Shown here one piece after another: positions 10,455-21,900 of a DNA stretch of 64,000 nucleotides. Both the position numbers and the translations under genes were made by a program. The stretch's first letter is position 1. Each line of letters starts with the position of its first letter. Origin of the DNA: TPA_inf: Saccharomyces. Its lineage: Eukaryota. Where the stretch lies: positions 384,001-448,000 of the forward strand of contig BK006934.2 in assembly GCA_000146045.2 (NCBI GenBank), in the 5' to 3' direction. The notes under the pieces were generated by a model. That model was not told the DNA's origin and made no database searches. It saw nothing but the letters and a program-made list of their open reading frames with translations.

Positions 10455-12659
10455 TCAGTTGACGGTATAATTATGTGAAGAGCCTAATTGTTTTCTTAAA
10501 TCGTCCTGTGAACCACTATGTGGCAAAATTCCACCAACACTTGGTGGCTGTACAACATCTGTCTCTTCTAATATCCCACTAACACGAGAATTATACAGTT
10601 GCTGCTGCTGCTGTTGCAGATAGATATTATTTTGTGTGGTCAGACTGTTATTTCTTGAATTGGTTGCGCTTACACTTCTGAAAGAACCTGCTGGCTTATA
10701 AGATGGTTTTGCCGTCAAATCCGAAGGATTGGTCATTACCACACTTTGTCTAAGTTGATAAGGTGAAGGAACCGCCCCATTTTCGTTAAACTTCATATAT
10801 TGGCCTTGCTGCTGTGGAGCATAATAGGCATCGTTTGTCGGTGAATAAAACATTTCCGGATGATCGACCGGATTTAACGCAGTTCCGTTTAGTCTGGCAG
10901 TCTGTAATTGAAGAAGTTGTTGCTTGTTTGGTCTTTTAAAAGAGGTCAATGAATGCGAGGAAGCTGATTGAGCTAAATATGCGGGAGTTGGTAATTCTCC
11001 AATAGTTTCCAGGGTCTGAGGATGATTATGTTGCTGTTGTTGAGGAGTTGGTACACCGTACCATTGTGGATTTTGCACGAATTGCGCAGTATACCCCTGT
11101 TGCTGAGGATTTCCGCTATATCCATTGCCAGGATACTGTGTGTGGCCATTATATACTGGTGATTGTTCCTGTTGTTGATATTGATCCTGATAATTCAACG
11201 GCTGAATTGCTTCGGAATAAATTGAGGAAGCAATTCTATTGGAAGGCGCTGCTTCCGTATCGTTCACGGTGAGTGTATCCTGCACTGGATATTGTTTCTG
11301 GCTTTGGGCCATTTCTGGACCATATTCTGCCAAGTTAGTATTGTTTAGAGGAAGTGCTTCTTTCACCAGGTGTTTTGCTTCCGGTACCTCATTATTGTCG
11401 ATATTGTCGTTATTATTAATTTTGATAGAAGGCAGTGGATTCTGGACTATATTATCCACTCTATTCTCCTCCTGCGATATATCATTTGCATTATCTGCTT
11501 TATCCTCTTCCTTTTTCATTGTTTTAGCTCTATCCAAATAAACTTGATAAATACTTTTCATTCTCTTAATATCTTCTTCTTCATTAGGGGATAAGAGTGA
11601 TACATAGTAATCATCATCTTGACTTTTACTGCTACTACGATCATTCATATGTTCAGCTTCTCTGATATCTTGAAGTTCATAATTATCATCATCCTTACCA
11701 AAACGCAGATTCCTTTCATGTGTCTTTTCTGAACTATTATCAAGTTCGAATTCGAACGCGTCATTGCTTGCAGACTCATTTGACTCATTCAAAACCTCAG
11801 CCTCTTCACTAACTGAGGACGAATCATTGTCTTCATTAGGAAATGTAAACTGCTTGTTGGCACCTTCTGTGGCAGAACCACGGGAAAGCTGGTTATTATG
11901 GATTGGGCTACCGTGAGATCGAAAGCTTTCACTCTCTTGAAATCTTGAAGACGCTCTTATTGGTGTACAATTCGAAAAGTTATCAGGATGCAAGGACGTT
12001 TGACTGGCATTTCTAGACTCGGCCGCAACTTTATAGCCACCTAGTCCATCTTCTTGTACTCTCATGGCAAAATCTCTCAAACTGTTAGAGTCGTTCGATT
12101 CCTGTGGAAGCTGAAACGGGTCTACGTACCATGACCGACCAATTGCAGGTGGGGTAGCGCTTCTCACATTATATTTACTACTATGCATGCTACCAACAAA
12201 GGGATCTGAAGGCGGCTGTTGCAAGGTCTTTTCCATGAAGTCTTGCTGCGAGTCGCTAGAGTACAAATGATTTATTCCAGGTGAATAATCCTTCATTGTC
12301 GGTAAAAATTCAGAATCTCCTTCGAAATCTGGATCATTATCTTCCTCAGCTTCCTTTTTGCTTCTCCTATACACAATGCAAAGTATCACAGCCAGAACAA
12401 TGATAATGACACCTACTGGTACCGCAACAGCCACACCAACAGTTACACTGGTGCTGTGACTCGAATCTGTGGGTAATTGACATTGCTGTTTAGAGCCTGT
12501 ACATTCAGCAGATTTGCTATTTTTCGTGCTGGATGCTGAGGAAGAAGATGAATCGCTATCGTCTCTTCTAGTGAGCCTTGCATAAGCATAAGACGCATCA
12601 GAAACACTTACCGTTGAAGTCACAGATATTAAACTTTCATGCATATGGGTGTGGTACAT
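10455..12659 (-). CDS. SKG6: Single-pass membrane protein of sites of polarised growth, 734 aa. Ser-rich extracellular stub, one TM, Gln/Asn-rich low-complexity cytoplasmic tail.
   Basis: One clear TM segment (VAVAVPVGVIIIVLAVILCIVY), followed by RRSKKEAEE. The length and position are correct. Confidence 0.85.
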   Translation of the reverse strand: MYHTHMHESLISVTSTVSVSDASYAYARLTRRDDSDSSSSSASSTKNSKSAECTGSKQQCQLPTDSSHSTSVTVGVAVAVPVGVIIIVLAVILCIVYRRSKKEAEEDNDPDFEGDSEFLPTMKDYSPGINHLYSSDSQQDFMEKTLQQPPSDPFVGSMHSSKYNVRSATPPAIGRSWYVDPFQLPQESNDSNSLRDFAMRVQEDGLGGYKVAAESRNASQTSLHPDNFSNCTPIRASSRFQESESFRSHGSPIHNNQLSRGSATEGANKQFTFPNEDNDSSSVSEEAEVLNESNESASNDAFEFELDNSSEKTHERNLRFGKDDDNYELQDIREAEHMNDRSSSKSQDDDYYVSLLSPNEEEDIKRMKSIYQVYLDRAKTMKKEEDKADNANDISQEENRVDNIVQNPLPSIKINNNDNIDNNEVPEAKHLVKEALPLNNTNLAEYGPEMAQSQKQYPVQDTLTVNDTEAAPSNRIASSIYSEAIQPLNYQDQYQQQEQSPVYNGHTQYPGNGYSGNPQQQGYTAQFVQNPQWYGVPTPQQQQHNHPQTLETIGELPTPAYLAQSASSHSLTSFKRPNKQQLLQLQTARLNGTALNPVDHPEMFYSPTNDAYYAPQQQGQYMKFNENGAVPSPYQLRQSVVMTNPSDLTAKPSYKPAGSFRSVSATNSRNNSLTTQNNIYLQQQQQQLYNSRVSGILEETDVVQPPSVGGILPHSGSQDDLRKQLGSSHNYTVN

Positions 12660-12945
12660 CGCGAACTATATCTTTGTTAGAACTATGTGACGCTATATGA
12701 GTTCAACGAAAAACTATGAAAGGTAATGAAAGAATGAAAAGAAGAACCAGTGAAAAATTCGATATGGATAAAGACAAGGCCTGCTCCCCACAAAAGCTTC
12801 ACCATGAGTTTGTTATTGATTATTAAAAGTTCTTATTGAGATAAAAAGAGAAAAAATACGGAAGAAACCTTGTCTTTTCGATGAACTTTCCTATTTGGGT
12901 GAGCAGTTTTCCTCTTCGAGCTGCAAAAAAGTTTATCGCTTCGCG

Positions 12946-12964
12946 AAAAAAAAAAAAAAAAAAA
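12946..12964. promoter_or_regulatory. Poly(dA)19 tract in the SKG6/PEX28 divergent intergenic region.
   Basis: 19 consecutive A read directly. Confidence 0.4.
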
Positions 12965-13250
12965 TTTAAAGAATTTCAAAACGTGTCAGGGCTACTAAAT
13001 AATTGAACGAGGTCTATGAAATAAAATGGGCTGAGAAAATTTCAAGAAAAAGGAAATAAGTAAGGGCTATTTAGGGTTAGTGGAATGGCTTTTATTATTT
13101 CCGCCGCGATGAACTTCCCTTTTATTGTGACATGATAGACATAAATATGACGAATGCCTACGAATTGGAGTCATCAGTAGATAGAACCATAATGAATAAG
13201 ATAAAAACGCAGGTATTTAGGGTGACAAAGAGATAATATATCTTCAGCAA

Positions 13251-14990
13251 ATGAGTGAGACCAGCTCAAGTCGCAGGAGCGCGAGTAAAGACGCTGTCAA
13301 ATCTTACTTCGCAGGCAAATACAATAAAGTGTTGGATTCTATACTGGAGGCAGAAGCAGCAATATCAAAATCGCCAACTGTAGCAGAAGATCTATCAGGA
13401 AGCTCCTCCAGCGGAAATTCTGAGATGAGCCATCCTTCGCTAACCGCCTCCTCCGCAACAAGCCAAGGCATTAGCAAAAAGGAACTACTCCAACAAATTG
13501 CTGGTTCATTATTCAGTACGTCCATTGAGCGCCTGAAGACTGCCCACTCATCAGAAGTATCAAGTACTCCGGAATATTCAGTAAATGATTCGTATGGAGA
13601 GCAAGAGTGCAGGGAGTGCGATGGTGTTTTCAAGTGTTCAGCGCACTTTGAGGGCGCGCCCGAATATTATGACGATGAAACCGAATCAGGGCCAGCTCTA
13701 GAACCTATGACTTCCAATAGTGAAAAAGATCCTTTTATCGATGTATTTTTGGATAAACTAATATCGAGGTTGGTCCCTGAAAAGCTACCAGAAAGAGAGC
13801 ATTTTAGTAGCAAAACCACCATTGAGCATGATCTAGACACAGGAAGGGTTCCCGTGTTTTCAGCAACTACATTGGGTAGTAATTTCAAAAAATTGTCTAA
13901 GAAAATGGGCTCAATATTTGAACTCCAGGACTCCATAGTTCGACTGCTGACTTGGAGAAACCCTACCGGGACGGTGACGTCGTTAATATTATTCACTTTG
14001 ATATGTTTTAATCCAATGTACTTGGTAATTTTGCCTATATTCCGCTTTGTCTATGGTATTGTAGTTCCTGGCTATGTGCGTAAACATCCTTTACAAAGGA
14101 GTATATATCCTCTGAAACGGAATCACGGATCATCATTGTTATATGATGTGTGCTATGAGGGAAAAAATGAGTACAGCTACGGTCAACAGTTTTTCTCCAA
14201 ATCTTTTATGGACACTTTGGAATCAAGAAATCAAGAAATAGACGAAATATCAGAATTAGATAAAAGAACCGAAAACACAGGGGAATTGAAACAAGGAATG
14301 AAAGTACTAATTAATTTACGCGATATGCAAAACATGACCTCTGGTACCCTTCATGTTATTGAGGCAATCAATAGTTTTCTTCGTAAGTCTTCTAGTTTTC
14401 AAAACGAAGAGTGCTCCACTAAACGTTTTTTTACAGGATTTCTTTTGATTGTTTTCTTAAAAATATTATCACCATTTGTGAATTGGAGCTATGTATGTAG
14501 CATATTCGCCTGGTGCTTACTGATATATATGCATCCAAGAGCTCATCCAAAAATAATAAGTTTTTTCAAAACAGGAACAATGGGAAAAGAATACAAAAAC
14601 TTGAAAAAAAGAGAACACCAGGCGCTTAACATGATATTCGATGAACAACCGGAAACTAAATTCATCGAGATTTTTGAAATATATAAAAAGGCCTTACTGC
14701 CGAACGACTGGAAGTTTTTCCGATATTCAAATAGAATTTTCGATCCTCAAGATCCGTATAGAAGAGCACAGCAATTCCCACCGGGAGTAGATTCTTTGGC
14801 TGATGTTATTCCCCCCACAGGCTGGTCATTTGATCCTAATTTTGAGTGGAAAATTGACAATGATGTGGATAGGTGGGTGGTAGAACGTGGGTTGAATCTG
14901 CCAATTACCGGCGAATTCTTATTTGATCCAATGTTCAAGAGGAGGAGACTGATACATCGTGTTATTAAGAATGCAACACCAGTAGCATAA
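13251..14990 (+). CDS. PEX28: Peroxisomal integral membrane peroxin Pex28, 579 aa.
   Basis: The length, internal hydrophobic segments and position. Recognised by recall. Confidence 0.8.
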   Translation: MSETSSSRRSASKDAVKSYFAGKYNKVLDSILEAEAAISKSPTVAEDLSGSSSSGNSEMSHPSLTASSATSQGISKKELLQQIAGSLFSTSIERLKTAHSSEVSSTPEYSVNDSYGEQECRECDGVFKCSAHFEGAPEYYDDETESGPALEPMTSNSEKDPFIDVFLDKLISRLVPEKLPEREHFSSKTTIEHDLDTGRVPVFSATTLGSNFKKLSKKMGSIFELQDSIVRLLTWRNPTGTVTSLILFTLICFNPMYLVILPIFRFVYGIVVPGYVRKHPLQRSIYPLKRNHGSSLLYDVCYEGKNEYSYGQQFFSKSFMDTLESRNQEIDEISELDKRTENTGELKQGMKVLINLRDMQNMTSGTLHVIEAINSFLRKSSSFQNEECSTKRFFTGFLLIVFLKILSPFVNWSYVCSIFAWCLLIYMHPRAHPKIISFFKTGTMGKEYKNLKKREHQALNMIFDEQPETKFIEIFEIYKKALLPNDWKFFRYSNRIFDPQDPYRRAQQFPPGVDSLADVIPPTGWSFDPNFEWKIDNDVDRWVVERGLNLPITGEFLFDPMFKRRRLIHRVIKNATPVA

Positions 14991-15267
14991 TGCACAATTG
15001 TTTTCCTTCACCTACAACCCCACCCCTCTTCTTGGGGAAATCATTGTATTACGTACTTTTTTCCTAAAGATATTAGAAAAAAAAATGTTATGTATCAATA
15101 TTACTAGGTAAAATACAAAAATGCGCTTTTGAAGTATAAATAATACAGTTTTGTTTTAAGAAATGCTATATATGAATTAATAATAAATGAAACGAAAAAA
15201 AGCACTACTTGAGTTTTAATGTCGTAAAACTTGAGAAAATTCTAAAGTGTCAGAAAAAAAGTGATTT

Positions 15268-16848
15268 TTAAGAAGGGACACCTTCTAGCTCGGATTTAGA
15301 GATTTTATTGATAACTCTTCTCCAATTTTTTCTATTATCATAAATGGGGACCCTCAATACACTCAAGTAAACGACAATACACAGTAGGGCAAAGGAACAG
15401 ACTGACGCAGGGACCATCATTGTTACGAAATTTCTCCTAGAAATGACTTTTTCATATGGGCAACTAGCATAAGGACCACCACTTACCCAACAATTGCTTA
15501 CTGATATAGAGTTCAAATCTATCCATATTTGTGTGTCAGAGAAGGAGGAATTCCTCATATATGCAATAAACGATCTCTGCTCCAATGGGCTTCTAGGAAT
15601 ATTAAATGAATACTGATCGGGACATTTAGATCCCTGGTAACTATCAAAATCAAAGTACGTAGCCTTATTTGATCTCACCAACCATCGGAATGCCATATTT
15701 TCATATCTACAGAGCCCAATATTAGAATTGTAACAGTTACCTACTCGCCATGTTACTGTCTCATTGTTAGCAAAGTAGTACAAGAGAACGCAATTGTAAG
15801 CCTCTAAGGTCCCGGATGAGCTGCCAGATTTAGAAGTTGACTGAGTAACTGAAGGTTGGTCACTATCCCATGACCAAACGCTGCCTTCATGAATTATATC
15901 TGCTAACTGCGTCACATTATTGACGTACGCTGAATTGCTTATTATTGGTGATAAACCACACGAAATATACTCTTTGATGTCCACGGAATTGAACAGCGAA
16001 TCTAAGAATCTCCAATGGATAGATGATAAATCAGTCAGACCCTCTACAGTAGAGGGGCAATCTAATGTAGAGTTCCCCTGCTCATAATGAAAGACGTCAT
16101 GAGGAAAAATATATGGAGCAGTAGTTTCATTAAAAAAATCGGTCAGCTCACCTATAACCAGTCTCTTCTTTTGTTCATATAGCACAGAGCCCAGAGTGGG
16201 CCAACCGTCAATGGACGATTTTCCGTAGATGTTCCAGGTATTATTCTTTGCTCTATCACTTTGTAAATCCGTAGGCTTGTAAATGAAACTATTTCCTAAA
16301 TTTTTGTCCAGTATATAAGTAGTGTTCAAAGTTTGGTTTTGGTGGCGGTATTCTGTGGAATCCAGTTCAGGAGCTGATATATTCAGCAACAGTACAATGA
16401 TATTCGCATAGAGGTTGTTTTGTGTGCTGAAGATGAATGACTGTAAAGCAGTTAGAACGTCGCTAAATAACAATGTCGTATCTACCACTCTCAAATCATT
16501 ATTATATTGTTCCAAGTCGAGGACAAAAGCATTTGCTTCGGAGGATAGCATAGATTTGAACAAAGTCAGTAATCTTGTATTATTACCTTCATTTACCATG
16601 CTAGTCTCATTGTTCAACAGAACCCGTCGTAGATTCAAACCAACATACGGCAGCTGGTCTATAGTTAAGTTTCCCATGACATCTCTTTGGGACCTAAAGG
16701 CCACCGTCATTTGAGGGGACATCGTCGGCCAGACAGATGCTGAAACGGTCTCATTCAGATCATCGCCAACTGTCGTAGTAGAGTCAACAGCAGTAACCCA
16801 CGTTCGCAGTGAGGACCATATGATAAATAGGTATATGAGTATCCACAT
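15268..16848 (-). CDS. MTC6: Mtc6, a glycosylated type I membrane protein, 526 aa. The start is taken at the second in-frame ATG (MWILIYL...). The ORF track extends 40 codons further upstream, to 16968.
   Basis: Signal-peptide-like N-terminus at MWILIYLFIIWSS, many N-x-S/T sites, C-terminal TM. The 526-aa length matches the known protein. Confidence 0.8.
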   Translation of the reverse strand: MWILIYLFIIWSSLRTWVTAVDSTTTVGDDLNETVSASVWPTMSPQMTVAFRSQRDVMGNLTIDQLPYVGLNLRRVLLNNETSMVNEGNNTRLLTLFKSMLSSEANAFVLDLEQYNNDLRVVDTTLLFSDVLTALQSFIFSTQNNLYANIIVLLLNISAPELDSTEYRHQNQTLNTTYILDKNLGNSFIYKPTDLQSDRAKNNTWNIYGKSSIDGWPTLGSVLYEQKKRLVIGELTDFFNETTAPYIFPHDVFHYEQGNSTLDCPSTVEGLTDLSSIHWRFLDSLFNSVDIKEYISCGLSPIISNSAYVNNVTQLADIIHEGSVWSWDSDQPSVTQSTSKSGSSSGTLEAYNCVLLYYFANNETVTWRVGNCYNSNIGLCRYENMAFRWLVRSNKATYFDFDSYQGSKCPDQYSFNIPRSPLEQRSFIAYMRNSSFSDTQIWIDLNSISVSNCWVSGGPYASCPYEKVISRRNFVTMMVPASVCSFALLCIVVYLSVLRVPIYDNRKNWRRVINKISKSELEGVPS

Positions 16849-17433
16849 ACCGTGTCTATAACGATGCGAATGCAAATGAACAAAAGAAAAAGGGAAGAAT
16901 AGAATGGAGATAGTCTTTGAAAAAGCGAGGTTAAAAGCGACTAAAAAATACCAGCAAAAAGGTGACAAATAAAGTTAAACAGGGTGTATCTCACCGTGCA
17001 GCGAACACTTCAATGTGACTTGCTCAGCCAAAGACTCATCAACATTTATGGAAATTTCAATGATTCCCATTGTATTGCCTCTTCCCATTGTGGAAAAAAG
17101 AAAAATGCCAAAATTGCAAACCCTAATTTAAAAGGGTTACAGAAAAAAAAAAGCAGGTCTGAAATGCAGTTCGCCATGGTTAATATCTTTTCCTAATTTG
17201 GAAATATGTAAACAGGGCATCTTTCCTTTTTTTCTCCTAATGAAAATTGTAAGCAAAAGCATGAAACAATACTGCCACAAGAGGAGAATTCCTCCTTTTG
17301 AAGTCTAAAGCGCCATTTCAAACTAGTTTTTAGGAGGTCAGCCAAACGTTCATTCAGATTAGTTACTATCTTGGAATACTTCTAGTAGGAAAACAAAATA
17401 ACATATACAGTAAGAACAATAGAAAACGTATTT

Positions 17434-17955
17434 ATGTCCAACAAGGCAAGTGACCAATCAGCACGCACGGCTTCCATCCTCAAGACTGATATTACCAGAG
17501 AAAACACAATCACCAGAAGCAGCAGCAGCAACAACGACAACTACCATCACCACAATAACATCAATAATTACAATGAATCGGCGAAGACAGGAGAGGACGC
17601 CAATAAAGAGAATATACCTAATTTAGAGGAGGAGATTGCGGCCTTTCGAATTTTTAGGAAAAAAAGCACTTCAAACTTGAAGTCGTCACACACCACTAGC
17701 AATTTGGTAAAAAAGACAATGTTCAAAAGGGATCTTTTAAAACAGGATCCGAAGAGGAAACTCCAACTACAACAAAGATTTGCATCACCGACTGACAGGC
17801 TGGTATCACCATGCTCATTGAAATTGAATGAGCACAAAGTTAAGATGTTCGGAAAGAAAAAGAAAGTCAATCCTATGAAACTGAACTTTAAAGGCAACCT
17901 TGCTGCCGATTCAGAGGATGTAGAAATCGATGAAGATGAGGAGTATTTCTACTAA
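17434..17955 (+). CDS. SPO12: Meiosis/mitotic-exit regulator Spo12, 173 aa.
   Basis: The length, basic/acidic low-complexity composition and position. Confidence 0.85.
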   Translation: MSNKASDQSARTASILKTDITRENTITRSSSSNNDNYHHHNNINNYNESAKTGEDANKENIPNLEEEIAAFRIFRKKSTSNLKSSHTTSNLVKKTMFKRDLLKQDPKRKLQLQQRFASPTDRLVSPCSLKLNEHKVKMFGKKKKVNPMKLNFKGNLAADSEDVEIDEDEEYFY

Positions 17956-18085
17956 AAAAATCTGCCTTTCTAGTCATCCAAAAATAGCCAAATGCTACAC
18001 TAAACCAATAAGCAAACGAGTACATAAAGAATAAGTAAATAATAATTCAACAATACCTGATTTTTTTTTTCTTACATTTTTTTTA

Positions 18086-18682
18086 TTATTCATTAAAAGC
18101 AACCACCAAGCTTTCCAAATTATGAAACCTTGATAAAATGGCTTCAAAATCTTGATCTGGAATTCCGTTTTTTTTGAAGAGGTCGAAAATTATTTGCTTG
18201 ATTAGAATTTCAAAATCAATAAACTCGTCCATATCCACGCTGTTCCGTGTCAAACGCTGGTTAGCTTTAAAAGCTAGAAAATATTGATTGTTTTCAACAT
18301 ATCGACTTCTGTCTACTGGTGTAACCTCTGTAATAAAGTAGCGGGCACCCGTTTTCGATGGTCCATTTATTAGATCTAGTGACCTCTCCAATAAGATATC
18401 CCAATAAGCTATTGAGAATTTCAAGCGCGTGAAATTCAAATTTATCATCAGAGAACGATGTGCGGGAACTCCAGGGCTTTTCTGTATTTTCTCATAGACA
18501 TTATTTATCAGTAATTGCAGCTGTGTAACAATAAAATTGACGCCACTTTCTTCGTCTTGTAGCTCCTCGTTAAGCTGCGAAATTAACCTGCTCGTATTCA
18601 CAGTAACACACTTAACCACAGAATGTTCTTCGACATTAGAAATCTCTTGTATTTTTTGTACATCCCAAAAGAATTCAGACAT
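18086..18682 (-). CDS. SPO16: Meiosis-specific Spo16 (ZMM group), 198 aa.
   Basis: The length and position. A URS1 lies immediately upstream. Confidence 0.85.
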   Translation of the reverse strand: MSEFFWDVQKIQEISNVEEHSVVKCVTVNTSRLISQLNEELQDEESGVNFIVTQLQLLINNVYEKIQKSPGVPAHRSLMINLNFTRLKFSIAYWDILLERSLDLINGPSKTGARYFITEVTPVDRSRYVENNQYFLAFKANQRLTRNSVDMDEFIDFEILIKQIIFDLFKKNGIPDQDFEAILSRFHNLESLVVAFNE

Positions 18683-18761
18683 TTCTATTGAACCATTCCA
18701 GAAATGTTGTTCCAGAAGTTTATTCTCTTGAACCTTTACACTATTTCGTATTTTCTCGGTT

Positions 18762-18772
18762 TTAGCCGCCCA
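18762..18772 (-). promoter_or_regulatory. URS1 (Ume6 site). Minus-strand reading TGGGCGGCTAA, 80 bp upstream of the SPO16 ATG.
   Basis: Matches the URS1 consensus TSGGCGGCTAA. The GGCGGC core is exact. Confidence 0.6.
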
Positions 18773-18778
18773 CTTTTC

Positions 18779-18784
18779 ACGCGT
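18779..18784. promoter_or_regulatory. ACGCGT (MCB/MluI-type hexamer) between SPO16 and RTT107. A CGCGAAA-like element also lies at 18841-18847.
   Basis: The exact hexamer is read. Regulatory use is speculative. Confidence 0.3.
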
Positions 18785-18965
18785 TAACAGGGTAAGCTAT
18801 ATCAGATGTGACTTTTCTTTTTCACTCATCTAATGTTGTTTTTCGCGTCACATTTTTTGCCAATAAATAAATACATCACAATGTTCTATATTGTATATTC
18901 AATGGAAGTCATTAGGTTATTGGGCAAGATTTCAAGGAGGTAGCATACTGGTAAATATACGATCC

Positions 18966-21900
18966 ATGAGCACATCACTTCTGTTTGAGCAGCTAAATTT
19001 TTTAATTTTAGTGGCAGCAGAGGCTGAGCTTCCCATCGCTCACTCTACTAGAAAGCTTTTGATGGATAATTCATGCAATAACTGTCAAATATACGAGCTT
19101 TATAACGAAAATTTGAAAGATGTCAAGACGGATAAAGATTGGTTCATGAACAAATTCGGCCCGCAAACAGTACATTTTGTCATTAGTAATACAATCAACT
19201 TTCCTTTTTATAAGATAGTTTATTTCGATCTTTTGATCCCGGTGGTATCACACACTTGGGTCCAGGATTCGGTCAAGACGAAGAGACATTTGAGGACAAA
19301 TATGTATTCACCTAACCCATTTCATTTGCTCCGAGACTGTCAAGTATATATTTCCAAAAGCTCGTTTAATAAGTGTGAATACATATTATACTCTGATTTG
19401 CTTCATTTATTAGGAGGCACTTTAGTCAATTACATCTCAAATAGAACGACGCATGTGATTGTTCAAAGTCCCCAGGACCCGATCATAGCAACGGTCAGTA
19501 AATTGACATTTGGCTCTTTTTCCTCTTCATCGACCAACAAGCACACCGAAAAGCCTTTGAGAGAGTGGAAATTTGTCTATCCAATATGGATATTATATCA
19601 TTTCAAAATGGCGAAGCCCTTGAAGGGCGAGCTTGCTACTTTGTGTGAGCTTGATATGCAGGACACCAGTGAGGAACAGTTATTCGCAAAATGGGAAGAG
19701 GTTATTGGCGATAAGCAGACATCATCATCGCAGCTTACTCTTCATCCAAACAAAACTTTATTCAAAAATCACCACTTTGCTATCTCACCAGATTTAAACT
19801 TTTTCACACCTTTGTATTGGTTTTTGAAAGGATTTATCGAGGATTTGGACGGCAAAGTAACTCCGTTGAGTTTTTCTGACGATCTGAAGTCTGTTTACCA
19901 AGCTTTTCCTGATATTGACTGTTATATCGGCCACTCTGCTAACTCACCGATACTAGAAAAAACCAAAAGCATTAAACCGGAAATTCATGTTGGGAACGTA
20001 AGTTGGTTGTTTTATATGTTTGCGCTGCAAAAATTTACACCTGTATCGCAATGTAAACTTATTCACCAACCATTTCATGCGAAATTATTTACTTCTAAGG
20101 AATTAACAGTCGCGTACACTAATTATTTCGGCTCCCAAAGGTTTTATATTCAGAGGTTAGTAGAAATATTAGGAGGACTTAGCACACCTGAACTAACAAG
20201 AAAAAACACACACTTGATCACGAAGAGTACAATTGGCAAAAAATTCAAAGTCGCAAAAAAATGGTCACTGGACCCGCAAAATGCCATTATTGTGACAAAT
20301 CATATGTGGTTAGAGCAATGTTATATGAATAATTCCAAGTTAAACCCCAAAGACAGTAGATTTCAAAATTTTAAATTGGATGATAACATGGGATGGAATA
20401 TCGGCCAAATAGGAATGGATCATTCATCTCTCCCAACTCCAAAAAACCTATCGATGGTGACTTACGACACGCAATCCATATCAGAGAAGCCGCCTCCCAC
20501 AAATGATCAAATGGATCAAATTAACGATAACACCAATGTATTATCAAAGAAAGATGGTACGCCCATTAGTAGTTTTGAGAACTCAATTGATGAAAAGATT
20601 GACAAATTACAAAAAATATCAGGAGAGGTGGCTGTAACCCATTCTGGAGATTTAGAACGGAGTTTTGTTTCCAGACCTTCAAGGGCAAGTTTTCCAGTAG
20701 TTGACAGTAAAAAATCTAATTTACAAAAGAAAGACTCAAACTCAGATATTAGTATGGAAACAGAGGTTTTCTGTGAAGGACATGAAAAAAGAGAAGAAAA
20801 GGAGTTTACGAAACCTATTACGGAGTATGATGCACCTAAGAAACAAGAAATAAGGGAACAGTCACGCAAGAAGAATGACATAGATTATAAAAAAGAAGAG
20901 GAAGAAACGGAGCTGCAAGTTCAGCTAGGACAACGAACTAAACGAGAGATCAAAACTTCGAAGAAAAATGAAAAGGAGAAAGAAACCAATGAATGTCACA
21001 TTGAAGTAGATCAAATGACGAATGAAAAGCAAGGGGAGGAAAGTACAGGAAAACTGATTTCTACGGAAGACGTCACTTCTAAAAAAGATACAGATAAATT
21101 CTCGCATTTGTTTGAAGGATTATCTGATAATGATGATCACATTAATGACGAAAAACCGGCAGTTAATTCCAAATATACCACACCCAAGACGTCTCAAAAT
21201 ATTACGAGTGGCGTTGATACTCCAACCACCGCGCAAACGCAAGTTTTTATGCCATCAAGTGGCAATTCAAGGTTAGCAAAGACACAAGCTGCGAAGAGAT
21301 TGCATACAGATATTGAATCATTAAATGAATTTCAGAAAAACTTTAAAAGGAAGAGAATTGATAGCGAGGAGATTTCATTGTCCCAAGATGTTGAAAGGTC
21401 AAATAATAACAAAGAACTGGCTACTAAAGCGGAAAAGATATTAGCTAGATTTAATGAACTACCAAATTATGACCTAAAAGCGGTTTGCACCGGTTGTTTC
21501 CATGATGGATTTAATGAGGTTGACATCGAAATATTGAACCAACTAGGTATAAAAATTTTTGACAATATTAAAGAAACGGATAAATTGAATTGTATTTTTG
21601 CTCCAAAGATTTTGAGAACCGAGAAATTTTTAAAAAGCTTAAGTTTTGAACCGTTAAAATTCGCATTGAAACCTGAATTTATTATTGATTTACTGAAACA
21701 AATTCATTCTAAAAAAGATAAACTTTCTCAAATAAATATAAACTTGTTTGATTATGAGATAAATGGAATTAATGAGAGTATAATATCAAAAACCAAACTA
21801 CCTACTAAGGTGTTCGAAAGAGCGAATATTAGATGCATTAACTTAGTCAATGATATACCGGGTGGTGTAGATACAATAGGCTCTGTTCTAAAGGCACATG

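Noticed and set aside
11048-11594. Three plus-strand ORFs (74-100 aa) inside SKG6.
   Set aside because: They are nested antisense to the Gln/Asn-rich SKG6 tail. Composition artifacts.
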